From Candidatus Bathyarchaeia archaeon (GTDB lineage Archaea > Thermoproteota > Bathyarchaeia > Bathyarchaeales > Bathyarchaeaceae), in the NCBI GenBank assembly GCA_035283685.1, contig DATETJ010000011.1, forward strand, positions 31,994 through 95,993: a stretch of DNA of 64,000 bases. The letters run 5' to 3'. Of the stretch, positions 1 to 9,687 are shown one piece after another; positions within the stretch are counted from its first letter, which is position 1; each line of letters begins with the position of its first letter. Under the pieces are notes generated by a model. It saw nothing but the letters and a program-made list of their open reading frames with translations, was not told the origin of the DNA and did not search any database. The translations under genes and the position numbers were made by a program.

Positions 1-1700
1 GTATCATAGACAGTTTCGCTGTTCAACTCGCTATCAGGATCATGCGTAAACGGGTTACCTCGGAGAATCCATTCCCACGGGTGATCGTTGTAGGTAGGGT
101 CCAGGTAGAGTTGTGGTGAACTAACCATTGTATTCTTAACAATTAGCCCCATGTAGTAGACTTTTGTTTCGCTGTAAATTGTGGCTCCATTCCAAGAGTA
201 CGTTACATAATTGTTTGTTGATGTTATCAGTTTGGCGTCTAGAAACTGAAGTAGCGCAAACTGATGGCGTCTGCTCCCAGTGTTCTTAACGAACCAGATT
301 GGTTCAATCGTTAGACTCCAGCTCTTAACCGAATGCATTATTTTCAATTCCATGTCCTCTATTCTCATTTCGCCAATTATTAGCCAATAGTCTCGATCGC
401 CATCATTGATGTACAACGGCCTTGGTCCTCGCTCAAAGTACCTTTTTTCCAGAAAATATCTCTTGTGATCAACCCAAACATATGAAGAACTTATCTGACC
501 GAACAACATGTCCGGAACATATTGCACCTGACCGGTCTGGTTGTTCACTATTGTCTTATTGAACAACACGGAAAATAACGAAAAGCCGCCAATGGAATTA
601 ACGCCGAAAACAACGGTTTTCACCGTGTAGCCCCAAGAATAATGTTCGATTTTCTCCAAAGACCTCCACGCAAAGGGATCCCAGCTCAAGTTCATGTCGA
701 TTGAGTTTGGAGCCTGAGCCTGCAAAGTTGCTGCGTAGGCATCGACGATTCCCCACCCCCGGGCATTAATCGAACGACCTCTCAAATCATTATTCAGATA
801 AGCAGTTTGTCTCAGTGCAGCCTTAACCTGCAGAGGTCTAAGGTTGGGGTTTGCTTCAAGCATCAGCGCAACGGTACCGCTTACATGAGGTGTTACCATG
901 CTGGTCCCATCACCTGATCCCCACGCTGCGTTGGGCAAAGTAGACCAAATGTCAACGCCTGGCGCAACAAGATCAGGCTTCGGCCTTCCGCCTGAAGCAG
1001 GACCCCTGCTGCTAAATTGTGGCAGTACTGACTGATCCCTGTCAGCATTACCTTGATCATCAACAGCGCCCACTGTTATAACGTTGAAGGCAACCCCTGG
1101 ATCCCTGATTTGCTCTGATTCATCAAATTGGCCCTCATTACCCGCTATTGCTACGAATACCACTCCGGCGTCAACGAGTTCGTCAGCGGCCCGACTCCAA
1201 AGACTCGTCCCACCAACCTCGTAATTGAACGTGTTATAGGGCTCGCCTGCGGAGAGGCTTGCAACCCTTATGTTAAAGACATCCCTATTCCGGTAAACCC
1301 ACTGAGTACCTTGGAAATACCAGTCGTAAAACCACCATCCAACCGCATTCAATATCTTGACACTTGAAATATCCGCGGCAGGAGAAACGCCGATGAAAGT
1401 AGCGTCCTGGCTCGCAACAATGCCTGTAACGTGTGTTCCATGGCCGTTAAAGTCTCCTACGCCTTCTCCGGTGAAGTCTACTTGCGAGACTATTCTCCCA
1501 GTGAGGGCAGGATGGAAAGCATCTACACCAGTATCCAAAACCGCTACCCCTACGCCTCGACCACGAATGTTCAGATCGTTTCTAACCATGTCAGATCTAA
1601 TCACACTATTGCTGATGTCTAATGCTTTCACCGATGGCGGTAGCACAAAGAACGTGGCGAGGAAAAGCAGCAGAAGAAATTTGGGCGAAGGCAAAACCAT
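1..1700 (-). CDS. Subtilisin-like serine peptidase (S8 family), secreted; C-terminal end lies beyond the window start
   Basis: Own translation of the minus strand from ATG at 1700-1698. It starts with a signal-peptide-like MVLPSPKFLLLLFLATFFVLPPSVKA. The catalytic triad motifs follow: GVAVLDTGVD (Asp), NGHGTHVTGIV (His), GDGTSMVTPHVSG (Ser). The frame stays open to position 1, which explains its absence from the ORF track. Confidence 0.85.
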   Translation of the reverse strand, partial: MVLPSPKFLLLLFLATFFVLPPSVKALDISNSVIRSDMVRNDLNIRGRGVGVAVLDTGVDAFHPALTGRIVSQVDFTGEGVGDFNGHGTHVTGIVASQDATFIGVSPAADISSVKILNAVGWWFYDWYFQGTQWVYRNRDVFNIRVASLSAGEPYNTFNYEVGGTSLWSRAADELVDAGVVFVAIAGNEGQFDESEQIRDPGVAFNVITVGAVDDQGNADRDQSVLPQFSSRGPASGGRPKPDLVAPGVDIWSTLPNAAWGSGDGTSMVTPHVSGTVALMLEANPNLRPLQVKAALRQTAYLNNDLRGRSINARGWGIVDAYAATLQAQAPNSIDMNLSWDPFAWRSLEKIEHYSWGYTVKTVVFGVNSIGGFSLFSVLFNKTIVNNQTGQVQYVPDMLFGQISSSYVWVDHKRYFLEKRYFERGPRPLYINDGDRDYWLIIGEMRIEDMELKIMHSVKSWSLTIEPIWFVKNTGSRRHQFALLQFLDAKLITSTNNYVTYSWNGATIYSETKVYYMGLIVKNTMVSSPQLYLDPTYNDHPWEWILRGNPFTHDPDSELNSETVYD

Positions 1701-1716
1701 TTCACCATTCCTCCGA

Positions 1717-2520
1717 CTAGGCTAAAGCATAGCTCGCCCAATTTGGAAGTAATGCGTTTACCGGAAGCCATGATAGCTCCGAAAGAAGCCCGAGACTTGG
1801 CGGGATATCGGCAAATATCACCTGTAGTGATTCCATTTTGATGTCTTTATATGCTAGGCCATGTTTATTCAAAGCAACAATAACACTTTGACTCGAAGCA
1901 TCAGAAGGTGTGTCAAACAAGACTCTAATCTTCGCCAAAGGCTGTTCAATCGATGCTCTATATGTGAGAGCCCAGAGAACCGGATCAACCCTTCGAATTG
2001 CACGCACAGGGTAGTACTTGAGGACTTCTTCCATACTTTTTCTATTACTGCGCAAGTCTCGCACATAGTCACTTTCCGCTTGGGAAAGCGGGTAGAAATC
2101 GAATATCTCTTCTGGAATCGTGTATAAATCAACTTTATTCACGCCTGCGATTGACACTGCCTGTTCGATGTCCTTGGACAATAGGTCCACGGCGCACCAT
2201 ATGACTTCCCGCTTTTCGTTAGATGTGGTAAAAGGAGGTTGAACACCTCTTGCACCCAGTATCAAAGCAGGGGGTTTAGTTAGACCCGTGACTTCGTGAT
2301 ACATTGTTGCGTTGAAATCTATCCATACTTTGATCTTCTGATCTGGAGTGGCAGAAGCAAGCATGCTGCGTAATCCGTTTGAGATTATGGGATTTCCCTC
2401 AGGAACTGGGTCCGCGGCAGTTCGAAACTGCCAAGCCATGACAGATATAGAGACGAGCAAAATGGCAAACAAGAAAGAAAGAGCCGCTTTTGTTTTAGAT
2501 TTCATCGCATTACTCAGCAA
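1717..2520 (-). CDS. Secreted hypothetical protein, possibly with subtilisin-propeptide (I9)-like repeats
   Basis: 267-aa ORF with an N-terminal signal/anchor (KTKAALSFLFAILLVSISVMAWQF). The C-terminal segment IRVLFDTPSDASSQSVIVALNKHGLAYKDIKMESLQVIFADIPPSLGLLSELSWLPVNAL resembles the beta-alpha-beta propeptide pattern of subtilases. It lies directly upstream of, and on the same strand as, the S8 gene at 1-1700. Confidence 0.5.
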   Translation of the reverse strand: MLSNAMKSKTKAALSFLFAILLVSISVMAWQFRTAADPVPEGNPIISNGLRSMLASATPDQKIKVWIDFNATMYHEVTGLTKPPALILGARGVQPPFTTSNEKREVIWCAVDLLSKDIEQAVSIAGVNKVDLYTIPEEIFDFYPLSQAESDYVRDLRSNRKSMEEVLKYYPVRAIRRVDPVLWALTYRASIEQPLAKIRVLFDTPSDASSQSVIVALNKHGLAYKDIKMESLQVIFADIPPSLGLLSELSWLPVNALLPNWASYALA

Positions 2521-2743
2521 AGAGAATATTGCACAACATCAATTTAAGATTTGCGCCTCAATAAACAAGCGTAAACACCGACATATGAACGAGGAACAAA
2601 TCCTTAAATCCAAGAACACTCTGAAACATTCGCCACATTTTCACTTTCACTCTAGTCCCTCACCGACATACCTTGCTTCTTGGTCACAGAATTTATATCA
2701 TCTTGATGCGGTTGGGGCACTCAATGAGAGGGTGACATCGAAA

Positions 2744-2884
2744 ATGGCCGACTCATGCAAGAGCCCGTGGAACGGCAAATGCAGCAGCACAAATATCGAA
2801 GTCTACATTCAGTACAAAGACCAAGTGTTACCTATCTGCCGTCACTGCTGGGGCGAAATAGCTGAAAAAGACATTGAATGGTGA
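2744..2884 (+). CDS. Small zinc-ribbon-like protein (46 aa), tentative
   Basis: Internal ATG of the 2348-2884 ORF, chosen to avoid overlap with the 1717-2520 gene. Two Cys pairs are present (SCKSPWNGKC and CRHC). Its stop overlaps the next start as ATGGTGA. Confidence 0.25.
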   Translation: MADSCKSPWNGKCSSTNIEVYIQYKDQVLPICRHCWGEIAEKDIEW

Positions 2885-3129
2885 AACACATGCACACAAT
2901 CGACCTAAACGTGGCGCGTTCACACATTGGACGCAAAGTGAACCTTCACCTAAGAGATGGCTCAGTCATAGTAAACGTGCTCATCACAAAAGCGGCACGC
3001 AGCCTTCACAGCTTCGAACCAGATCGAAATGTCTTGCACTTCGCTGCCTCGATCAGAGCAAAAGCCAGCAGAATTCCTTTAACGGAGATCGAGTGGATGG
3101 AACCTTTAGGCAATTACCCCTTTTCTTAA
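2878..3129 (+). CDS. Hypothetical small protein (83 aa), possibly Sm-fold-like
   Basis: ORF track. The segment GRKVNLHLRDGSVIVNVLI is reminiscent of an Sm1-type strand pattern. The start is coupled to the preceding small ORF. Confidence 0.3.
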   Translation: MVKHMHTIDLNVARSHIGRKVNLHLRDGSVIVNVLITKAARSLHSFEPDRNVLHFAASIRAKASRIPLTEIEWMEPLGNYPFS

Positions 3130-3689
3130 CTCTCGCTTACTTGATCCTTCTCTTAAGAGCGATTTTCTCCCACGCTTACTCTTTCCGTACGCATCTGATC
3201 TTAATAGTTTTCACTCTTTCGACATCCCTTTGGGTTGGACTTTGACTCTAAACAAAATGTGAAAAAAGAACACACAAAGCAAGAAGTCGATAGTGGACCT
3301 CCACGTTGCTTCGAACCACATTTGAGTGTTAGCAGGATTTTGCGTAGACTTGGCGGTCGATCTTCGTGCGGAAGTCATGCCTTTGTGGAGGCCCGTCCCC
3401 AACATGGTGCGCCTTTTAATAAAAGGCTTGTTAAGAATCTGAAATATATCCGTCTAATATACGAGACCATTATTCCATCTGGCTGTTCACGCCCTCAGCC
3501 CGGAATCACTAGGCAACGCAGGCCACTTTGCGCTAGGGTTCACATGAAAGTGAGTAAAAACCTGTGGCGAAAAGCCACTATCAAAACGATATACAGAGGC
3601 ATAGAAGATTGTTCCACAAATTTTTATAGCGTAGTAAGCATCACTAGTTATCGCTTAAAACTTGTAGGAGAAAGGAGAGACAAACCATC

Positions 3690-5060
3690 ATGAGAGAAAA
3701 CAAACTGTTTGCCCAAATAACAATAGCACTACTGACAATAGCCATTTTCACTGCGTTGCCATTGGTGAAAGCACCCTCCATAGTTTCAGTTGGAGACGTT
3801 GAAGCCATCCCATTGCCTCCAGACCTTACAATGAACCAAGCATACCCTCCAGGTCAGACATTCACTGATTTTGTGGGCGGAATGGTTGCCTTTGATCAAG
3901 ATATGATTGACATAGACCAGCTTGCTCACCCGAACAGCAAATGGTATGGCAGAGGCGTTGTGGTCGCGGTTTTGGACACAGGCATGTTGCCCATTTGGAA
4001 CTACTTCTTCCCAAGAAACCGCATAGTCACTGAACTCGGCATAGGATTTGTGCAAGACCTTGACACGGGCGTTATCACAACGGTTCCATGGGACGACGCC
4101 GTCAGCGGACACGGAACCCATGTAGCAAGCACTATAATTGGTTACAACTACCGCGGAATGCCAGTCACAGGGGTAGCGCCGTTAGCCAAGATAATACCCG
4201 TCAAAGTCCTGTCATTCTACGACTACACTCGCCAGACAGCTTGGGGCACATCTGGGATGGTTGCCGCAGGCATCGACTACGTCACATCATTAGTCACTTC
4301 AGGCATGTTTGAGCCCGGAAAAGTCATAATTAACATGAGCCTTGGCGCAAGTGCACCGTCATCTGACATCGAAACCTCCATCAACAATGCAATCGCCGCC
4401 GGAGTGATCGTGGTTGCATCTGCAGGCAACCGAGGAGCTTCTGGCATGGGTTGGCCAGGCGGATTCCCCCAAGTGATCTCCGCGGCTTCATCTGCTTGGA
4501 CCGGACAATGGTGGCCTATAGTAGGCGGCAGAGAAAACCGGGCATTCTGGGTCAACGACGTACCTGAAGATCTAATGACACCCGCACCAGCCTCAATCCT
4601 CTATGGCACATGGGCAGGCACCCAAGCATACATGTCCTCATTCAGCAGTCGTGCGCTTGCAGGACAAGATTTGGACGTAGCCGCGTCGGGCGGCTGGGTT
4701 GTTGGACCATATTGGACACCCGCATGGGGACCCTTGCCGTCAGACCCGAGCCTAGCATACGCCTACGTAAGCGGAACCAGCATGTCATCACCACACGTTG
4801 CAGGCGCAGCAGCACTGCTAGCTGAGAAAAAGGGCGCAAAACTCACACAAAGCCAAATGGAAGCCGTCCTAGAAAGCACAGCTTGGAAAGCTCCAGTAAC
4901 ATTCGCTAACAGCGCCGGATTCCCACCCGCAACAATGCCATACATGGCTATATTCGTCAGCGTCGGACCAACAGGCTACTACTGGACACAATGGGCTAAC
5001 GACGCAGTTGGCAGCGGACTACTCCAAGTCGACGCTGCCGTCGCAGCAGTCGGTGGATAA
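3690..5060 (+). CDS. Subtilisin-like serine peptidase (S8 family), secreted
   Basis: Signal peptide FAQITIALLTIAIFTALPLVKA. Triad motifs VVAVLDTGM, SGHGTHVASTIIG and SGTSMSSPHVAGAAALL. A GGAGA-type motif lies upstream. Confidence 0.9.
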   Translation: MRENKLFAQITIALLTIAIFTALPLVKAPSIVSVGDVEAIPLPPDLTMNQAYPPGQTFTDFVGGMVAFDQDMIDIDQLAHPNSKWYGRGVVVAVLDTGMLPIWNYFFPRNRIVTELGIGFVQDLDTGVITTVPWDDAVSGHGTHVASTIIGYNYRGMPVTGVAPLAKIIPVKVLSFYDYTRQTAWGTSGMVAAGIDYVTSLVTSGMFEPGKVIINMSLGASAPSSDIETSINNAIAAGVIVVASAGNRGASGMGWPGGFPQVISAASSAWTGQWWPIVGGRENRAFWVNDVPEDLMTPAPASILYGTWAGTQAYMSSFSSRALAGQDLDVAASGGWVVGPYWTPAWGPLPSDPSLAYAYVSGTSMSSPHVAGAAALLAEKKGAKLTQSQMEAVLESTAWKAPVTFANSAGFPPATMPYMAIFVSVGPTGYYWTQWANDAVGSGLLQVDAAVAAVGG

Positions 5061-5091
5061 GGTCAACAAGCTCGCCATATACTCTCTCCCC

Positions 5092-5098
5092 TTTTTTT
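5092..5098 (+). terminator. Oligo-T tract (T7) downstream of the S8 peptidase gene
   Basis: CCCCTTTTTTTGT lies 30 nt after the stop. Archaeal intrinsic terminators are typically T-runs. Confidence 0.3.
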
Positions 5099-5189
5099 GT
5101 TCTTGCTATGTCTTGTGCCATCTGACTGAAGGCGGACCAAGCTGCTGAAAACTGAACACTCCATAGTCAAGTACCGATCATCGTGTTGC

Positions 5190-7085
5190 TTGTTAATCCT
5201 GTTTCTAGTCTGTTCATTCACCGCATCTTTGCCGCTCGCATATGGTCAGTCCACAGGAACAATCAAAGGCAAAGTCAAAAACCTGAAAATTGGCACAGGT
5301 ATCGAAAACGCCCAAGTGGAATGCAGTGGACCATCGCATGGATCCACAGCCACCGATGCTTATGGTAACTACACCATCACGGGATTGGCTCCAGGACCTT
5401 ACACAATAGCGATTACCGCATTAGGCTACGTCCAAAAAACACATTCAACATTCATCTATCCAACCATGAATACGCCGCCGGACTTCATGCTCAACATGCT
5501 TTCAATAAGAGGCAGAGTGCATGATGCAGCATCGCCCAGCACTGGCATAGCAGAAGCGAACATAACCATCGGAGAAGAAATTCGCCTCACCAACTCAACT
5601 GGACACTACGAATGGCTCGATCTGTCAAATGGAACCTACACGCTAATGGTTTCTGCGCCGGGTTACGCGAGCCAAACCCAGCAAGTCACTGTAAGCACAG
5701 GAAACACTCAGTTAGCAGATTTCGCGTCAGCCTCTGTTCCTGCAGGACGAATTTCTGGAACAGTCACCGATGACGCCACCAGAGACCCAGTGAATCAAGC
5801 AACAGTTAGAGTACGCCGAGGCTCATGGGAAAGAGAAGCAACAACAGATCTAAATGGACAGTATTCCATAGAAAACGTTCCCGCTTGGGCTTCTTGGACT
5901 GTTGACGCCTACAAGGTTGGATATGTCGCTCAGTCCACAACAGCTTCTGTCCAGTCTGGAGCAACAACTAGTCTGAATTTCGCGCTTGTGCCCTTTGGGA
6001 GAATCACGGGAACGGTGAGAGATCAAACGACAAACCAACCCATTGATCAGGCTCTTGTAAAGGCAGACTCGGAATTTCTCAACACAACCGACGCCAATGG
6101 CTACTACACTATTTTTGCGTTAGCTGGAACTTATACTGTCACGGCTTCAGCGCCTGGATACTCCAGTAGCTCCCAAGGCAACATTAGGGTCAGAGCTGGG
6201 GGAACAGAAACGGTGAACTTCCTGCTGCAATCTGTCCCGCCAGGCAATATAGTTGGAAATGTCACAGATGCCACCACAGGCAGTCCCATAGTCGGCGCCA
6301 CGGTCACAGCTGACGTTGGTTATTCCAACATCACCGATTCAGACGGTCGTTATACTCTCTCAAATTTACCTGCCTGGACTTACACTGTTAATGTCTCTGC
6401 CACAGGGTTCATAGGCGACACAATATTGAGAAGCGTACCATCCAGTGGTTCGATTACAGCTGATTTCCAGCTCGCTCCTTTCACCAGAATTCGCTTGGAA
6501 CCATACGTGAACTTCGGAAATCCTGGGCAGTCATTCAATGTTAACCTAGACGTTGCAGACGCAAGATTCGTGCACAGCTGGGATGCATATCTTTGGTGGA
6601 ACCCAGCTCTCTTTGACGTGTCAACTGCCAGTGAAGGAGACTTTCTTAAGGGCGAGTTTGGAAATCGGACAACACAGTTCAGTTACGAAACTTATCCAAA
6701 TGAAGGTGTAATCCGCATGCGTGGTTGGTCTTCGTTGGCAACACTTGACAGCGGTGTTAGCGGCAGTGGAACTCTGGCACTTCTGACACTTCAGGTTAAG
6801 GCCAAGGGGGCGTGCACCATTGATGTCACAAACGCATTGCTGTATGATCCCGGCGCGATGCCAAGCTTCCCAAATGCAATGGAAGACGCTGTCTTCAGGA
6901 CGCTGCAAGGCGATGTCAACAACGATGGGACTGTTGACAAGCCTGATCTTGATGTTGTAGTGGGCCTGTACGGTTCTAAATTCGGAGATCCCAGCTGGAA
7001 CGCAAGCGCTGATGTCAACAGTGATCATGTTATTGATGTTTTTGATGAGCATCGGGTTGGCAGGGACTACGGCCAGTCAATCTAA
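5190..7085 (+). CDS. Secreted surface protein: five CarboxypepD_reg-like repeats, a cohesin-like domain and a C-terminal dockerin
   Basis: Signal peptide LILFLVCSFTASLPLAYG. Five repeats of about 80 aa of the type G(R/T)I(S/T)GTV.D..T..P...A.V......T.TD..G.Y....L..G.YT. A cohesin-like segment runs from about 6478 to 6850 (GQSFNVNLDVAD..WDAYLWWNPALFDV..GSGTLALLTLQVKAKG). The dockerin duplicate Ca-loops DVNNDGTVDKPD and DVNSDHVIDVFD lie at 6909-7082. Confidence 0.8.
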   Translation: MLILFLVCSFTASLPLAYGQSTGTIKGKVKNLKIGTGIENAQVECSGPSHGSTATDAYGNYTITGLAPGPYTIAITALGYVQKTHSTFIYPTMNTPPDFMLNMLSIRGRVHDAASPSTGIAEANITIGEEIRLTNSTGHYEWLDLSNGTYTLMVSAPGYASQTQQVTVSTGNTQLADFASASVPAGRISGTVTDDATRDPVNQATVRVRRGSWEREATTDLNGQYSIENVPAWASWTVDAYKVGYVAQSTTASVQSGATTSLNFALVPFGRITGTVRDQTTNQPIDQALVKADSEFLNTTDANGYYTIFALAGTYTVTASAPGYSSSSQGNIRVRAGGTETVNFLLQSVPPGNIVGNVTDATTGSPIVGATVTADVGYSNITDSDGRYTLSNLPAWTYTVNVSATGFIGDTILRSVPSSGSITADFQLAPFTRIRLEPYVNFGNPGQSFNVNLDVADARFVHSWDAYLWWNPALFDVSTASEGDFLKGEFGNRTTQFSYETYPNEGVIRMRGWSSLATLDSGVSGSGTLALLTLQVKAKGACTIDVTNALLYDPGAMPSFPNAMEDAVFRTLQGDVNNDGTVDKPDLDVVVGLYGSKFGDPSWNASADVNSDHVIDVFDEHRVGRDYGQSI

Positions 7086-7151
7086 GCTCAAGTGTGAAAA
7101 GACAAATAAGCCAACCCTCGGCATAGCTGTGCAAACTCAAGGTGAAGAAAG

Positions 7152-8792
7152 ATGAGTGAAGATCAGAAATTTGAGAAACTCAACATGGAAATGTTCACGA
7201 AGTTCATGGAGGAAAACCCCACCTACGCCACGTTCTTGGGGCTGCATGATCCATACGACTGGCTTATGTCGGATGGAAGCAGCAAGAACATATTCAAGAG
7301 CTTAAAGATCGCCGAAGAATGGATCGGCAAAATGAAAAGGACAGTGAACTATGAAAAACTCAGCGCGGACCACAAAATCGACTGGAAAGTCATCGAGCAG
7401 ATGTATGAAAAGTTCAAGTTTCAAATTTACGAGCAACGCGTTTGGGAGACAAATCCAGACGCTTTCGACGAAGTCGGCGGCGTCTTCTTCATCATGTTAA
7501 CACGAAACTATGCGCCAATGGAAAAACGAGTTGATGCAATGGTGGCCAGAATGGAAAAACTCCCCAAATTCCTAGAAGAGTTCAGAACACGCTTTGATAA
7601 ATCAAAACCCGTGAAACTCTGGACTGAAATTGCCATTGAGAGTTGTCAGCAGATTCCTGGCCTTTTTCAGTTTCTTGTGGCAGCAACTAAAGGTGCCATA
7701 TCCGACGAGCTTCACAGCCGATTAACAAAAGCCGTGGCTGACCTTCAGAAGCCCATCAAAGATCACCAAGAGTGGTTGAACTCTCTACTGCCAAAGACAC
7801 AGGCTGAATGGGCTTTGGGCAAGGAGAAGTTTGACAAATGGCTAAAACTGCGCGGCTTGGGCATGACAGCTGACGAAATCTACAAGTTGGGCACGAGGTT
7901 CCTTGAAGAACTCAAACAGGAGCGGGACAAGCTGGCAAAGCAGATTGCGCCTGGAAAAAGCGTCAAAGAAGTCATGGAAGTAATCGAAGCAAACGCGCCT
8001 AAAACCTTTGAAGAAGCTCTGAAGGCCACGAAAGTAACAATGGAGAAATCAAGAGATTTCATAATCAAGAGCGACCTTGCCACCGTTTACCCGGACGACA
8101 AGCTTCACGTTGAGGAAACCCCTGCGTTCATGGCTCCAATCATACCCTTTGCAGCGTTGATCCCGCCGGCCAAGTTTGACAAACGCCAAGAGGGAATTTA
8201 CATCGTGACGCGTCCAAGGGATATCAAGAATTTGGGTAAACACTTGAACTACGCAAGCATTTCGGGCACGGCGGTGCATGAAGGCTTTCCTGGGCATTTC
8301 CTTCAAGGCGCTATGTCCAACCGAGGTTCACTGGTGCGCTTGTTTGCAGGAGGAAACGAAGTCATCGAGGGCTGGGCTCACTACTGCGAAGAGATGATGA
8401 CTGAGCATGGTTTCATTAAGGGTTTGGAAAGCCGTTTCATGATGGTCAATGATGGAATTTGGCGTGCGGTAAGAATAATCGTGGATATCAAGTTGTCGCG
8501 CGGAGAGATGGCTTTCGACGAGGCAGTTGACATGCTTATGAAGGAAGCTGGTATGTCGAAGGAGGCGGCTGTGGCTGAGGTCAGACGTTATACCATGACC
8601 CCAGGATATCCGCTCTCATATCTGATTGGCAAGCATCTGATTTTGCAGTTGCGCGCGGACATCATGAAGAGAATGGGCAAGAAATTCAGTGAAAGGTTCT
8701 TCCACGACACTATGACGGCCAACGGTGAACTTCCCATCGCTTTGCTGCGGGAAGTGTTCGACATAAGGCTGGCTGAGCTGGGGATCGGATAG
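7152..8792 (+). CDS. DUF885 family protein (metallopeptidase-like)
   Basis: 546-aa ORF with AVHEGFPGHFLQ (HExxGH) and a following EGWAHYCE motif, typical of DUF885. Confidence 0.75.
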   Translation: MSEDQKFEKLNMEMFTKFMEENPTYATFLGLHDPYDWLMSDGSSKNIFKSLKIAEEWIGKMKRTVNYEKLSADHKIDWKVIEQMYEKFKFQIYEQRVWETNPDAFDEVGGVFFIMLTRNYAPMEKRVDAMVARMEKLPKFLEEFRTRFDKSKPVKLWTEIAIESCQQIPGLFQFLVAATKGAISDELHSRLTKAVADLQKPIKDHQEWLNSLLPKTQAEWALGKEKFDKWLKLRGLGMTADEIYKLGTRFLEELKQERDKLAKQIAPGKSVKEVMEVIEANAPKTFEEALKATKVTMEKSRDFIIKSDLATVYPDDKLHVEETPAFMAPIIPFAALIPPAKFDKRQEGIYIVTRPRDIKNLGKHLNYASISGTAVHEGFPGHFLQGAMSNRGSLVRLFAGGNEVIEGWAHYCEEMMTEHGFIKGLESRFMMVNDGIWRAVRIIVDIKLSRGEMAFDEAVDMLMKEAGMSKEAAVAEVRRYTMTPGYPLSYLIGKHLILQLRADIMKRMGKKFSERFFHDTMTANGELPIALLREVFDIRLAELGIG

Positions 8793-8793
8793 C

Positions 8794-9687
8794 TTAGCTA
8801 GCTTTCACCACTCTATTTCTTAGGGTTCCGACGTTCTCGATTTCTATCTCAACTAGGTCGCCTGATTTTAGGAACCTTGGCTTTGGCTTCATTGCGAATC
8901 CTACGCCAGCGGGCGTGCCTGTTGCTATCATATCGCATGGTTCTAGCGTCATGATGAGGCTCAGTTTGTGCACTATCTGGGTGACGCTGAAGACCATGTT
9001 GCGAGTTGATGAGTCTTGTCGCACTTCGCCGTTTACACGAGTTCGGATCCGCAGATTGTCCGGATCGCCTATCTGGTCGGCTGTGGTCACGCACGGTCCG
9101 GTTGGCGCAAAAGTGTCGCAGCCTTTTCCGCGTGTCCACTGTTTGTCCTTAAACTGGATGTCTCTCGCTGAGACGTCATTGAAGCATGTGTAGCCGAAGA
9201 TGTGTTGTTTCGTGTCTTTGAGGCTGATGTTTTTGCCCCTCTTGCCAATGATTATCGCAAGTTCTCCCTCATAGTCCAACTTCTCCACGAAGTTTGGCTT
9301 AACTATGGTGTCGTTTGGTCCGATGATTGCAGTTCGAGGTTTCATGAAGATGACCAAGTCGTCAGGGAGAGCTGCATTTTGTTCCGCAATGTGATCTCGA
9401 TAGTTTAAGCCGAGACAGACTATTTTAGGTGGAGTCACAAAAGGCGCGAGCAGTCTTGCTCTGTCTAAGCCCAGAGTTGCCTTTCTCTTGTTCTGCCCAC
9501 TGGCTTCACGTATAAGATGCTCAACATCAGCTAGACCTTCTTCGCTGCAAATTGTGAGTTCCTCAAGACTTGATGGCACTGGATGTTTCATTGTCTCCGA
9601 CAAAACTCGAAGGTCGAGAATTCGGTCTTTGGCAACTTGAACACCGTAGGATTCTGAGTTGATTACAGCAAAACGAGTCAGTTTCAA
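8794..9687 (-). CDS. Fumarylacetoacetate hydrolase (FAH) family protein
   Basis: Motifs GLNYRDHIAE, DYEGELAIIIGK and GYTCFNDVSARD. Confidence 0.8.
   Translation of the reverse strand: MKLTRFAVINSESYGVQVAKDRILDLRVLSETMKHPVPSSLEELTICSEEGLADVEHLIREASGQNKRKATLGLDRARLLAPFVTPPKIVCLGLNYRDHIAEQNAALPDDLVIFMKPRTAIIGPNDTIVKPNFVEKLDYEGELAIIIGKRGKNISLKDTKQHIFGYTCFNDVSARDIQFKDKQWTRGKGCDTFAPTGPCVTTADQIGDPDNLRIRTRVNGEVRQDSSTRNMVFSVTQIVHKLSLIMTLEPCDMIATGTPAGVGFAMKPKPRFLKSGDLVEIEIENVGTLRNRVVKAS

Noticed and set aside
3235-3693. 152-aa ORF and a possible structured RNA (a CCCGGAA segment reminiscent of SRP RNA helix 8) in the 560-nt spacer upstream of the S8 peptidase
   Set aside because: The ORF translation looks random and ends inside the peptidase start region. 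The GGAA segment is not closed by a complementary stem, and no other SRP or RNase P signatures were found. I left it as unexplained spacer.
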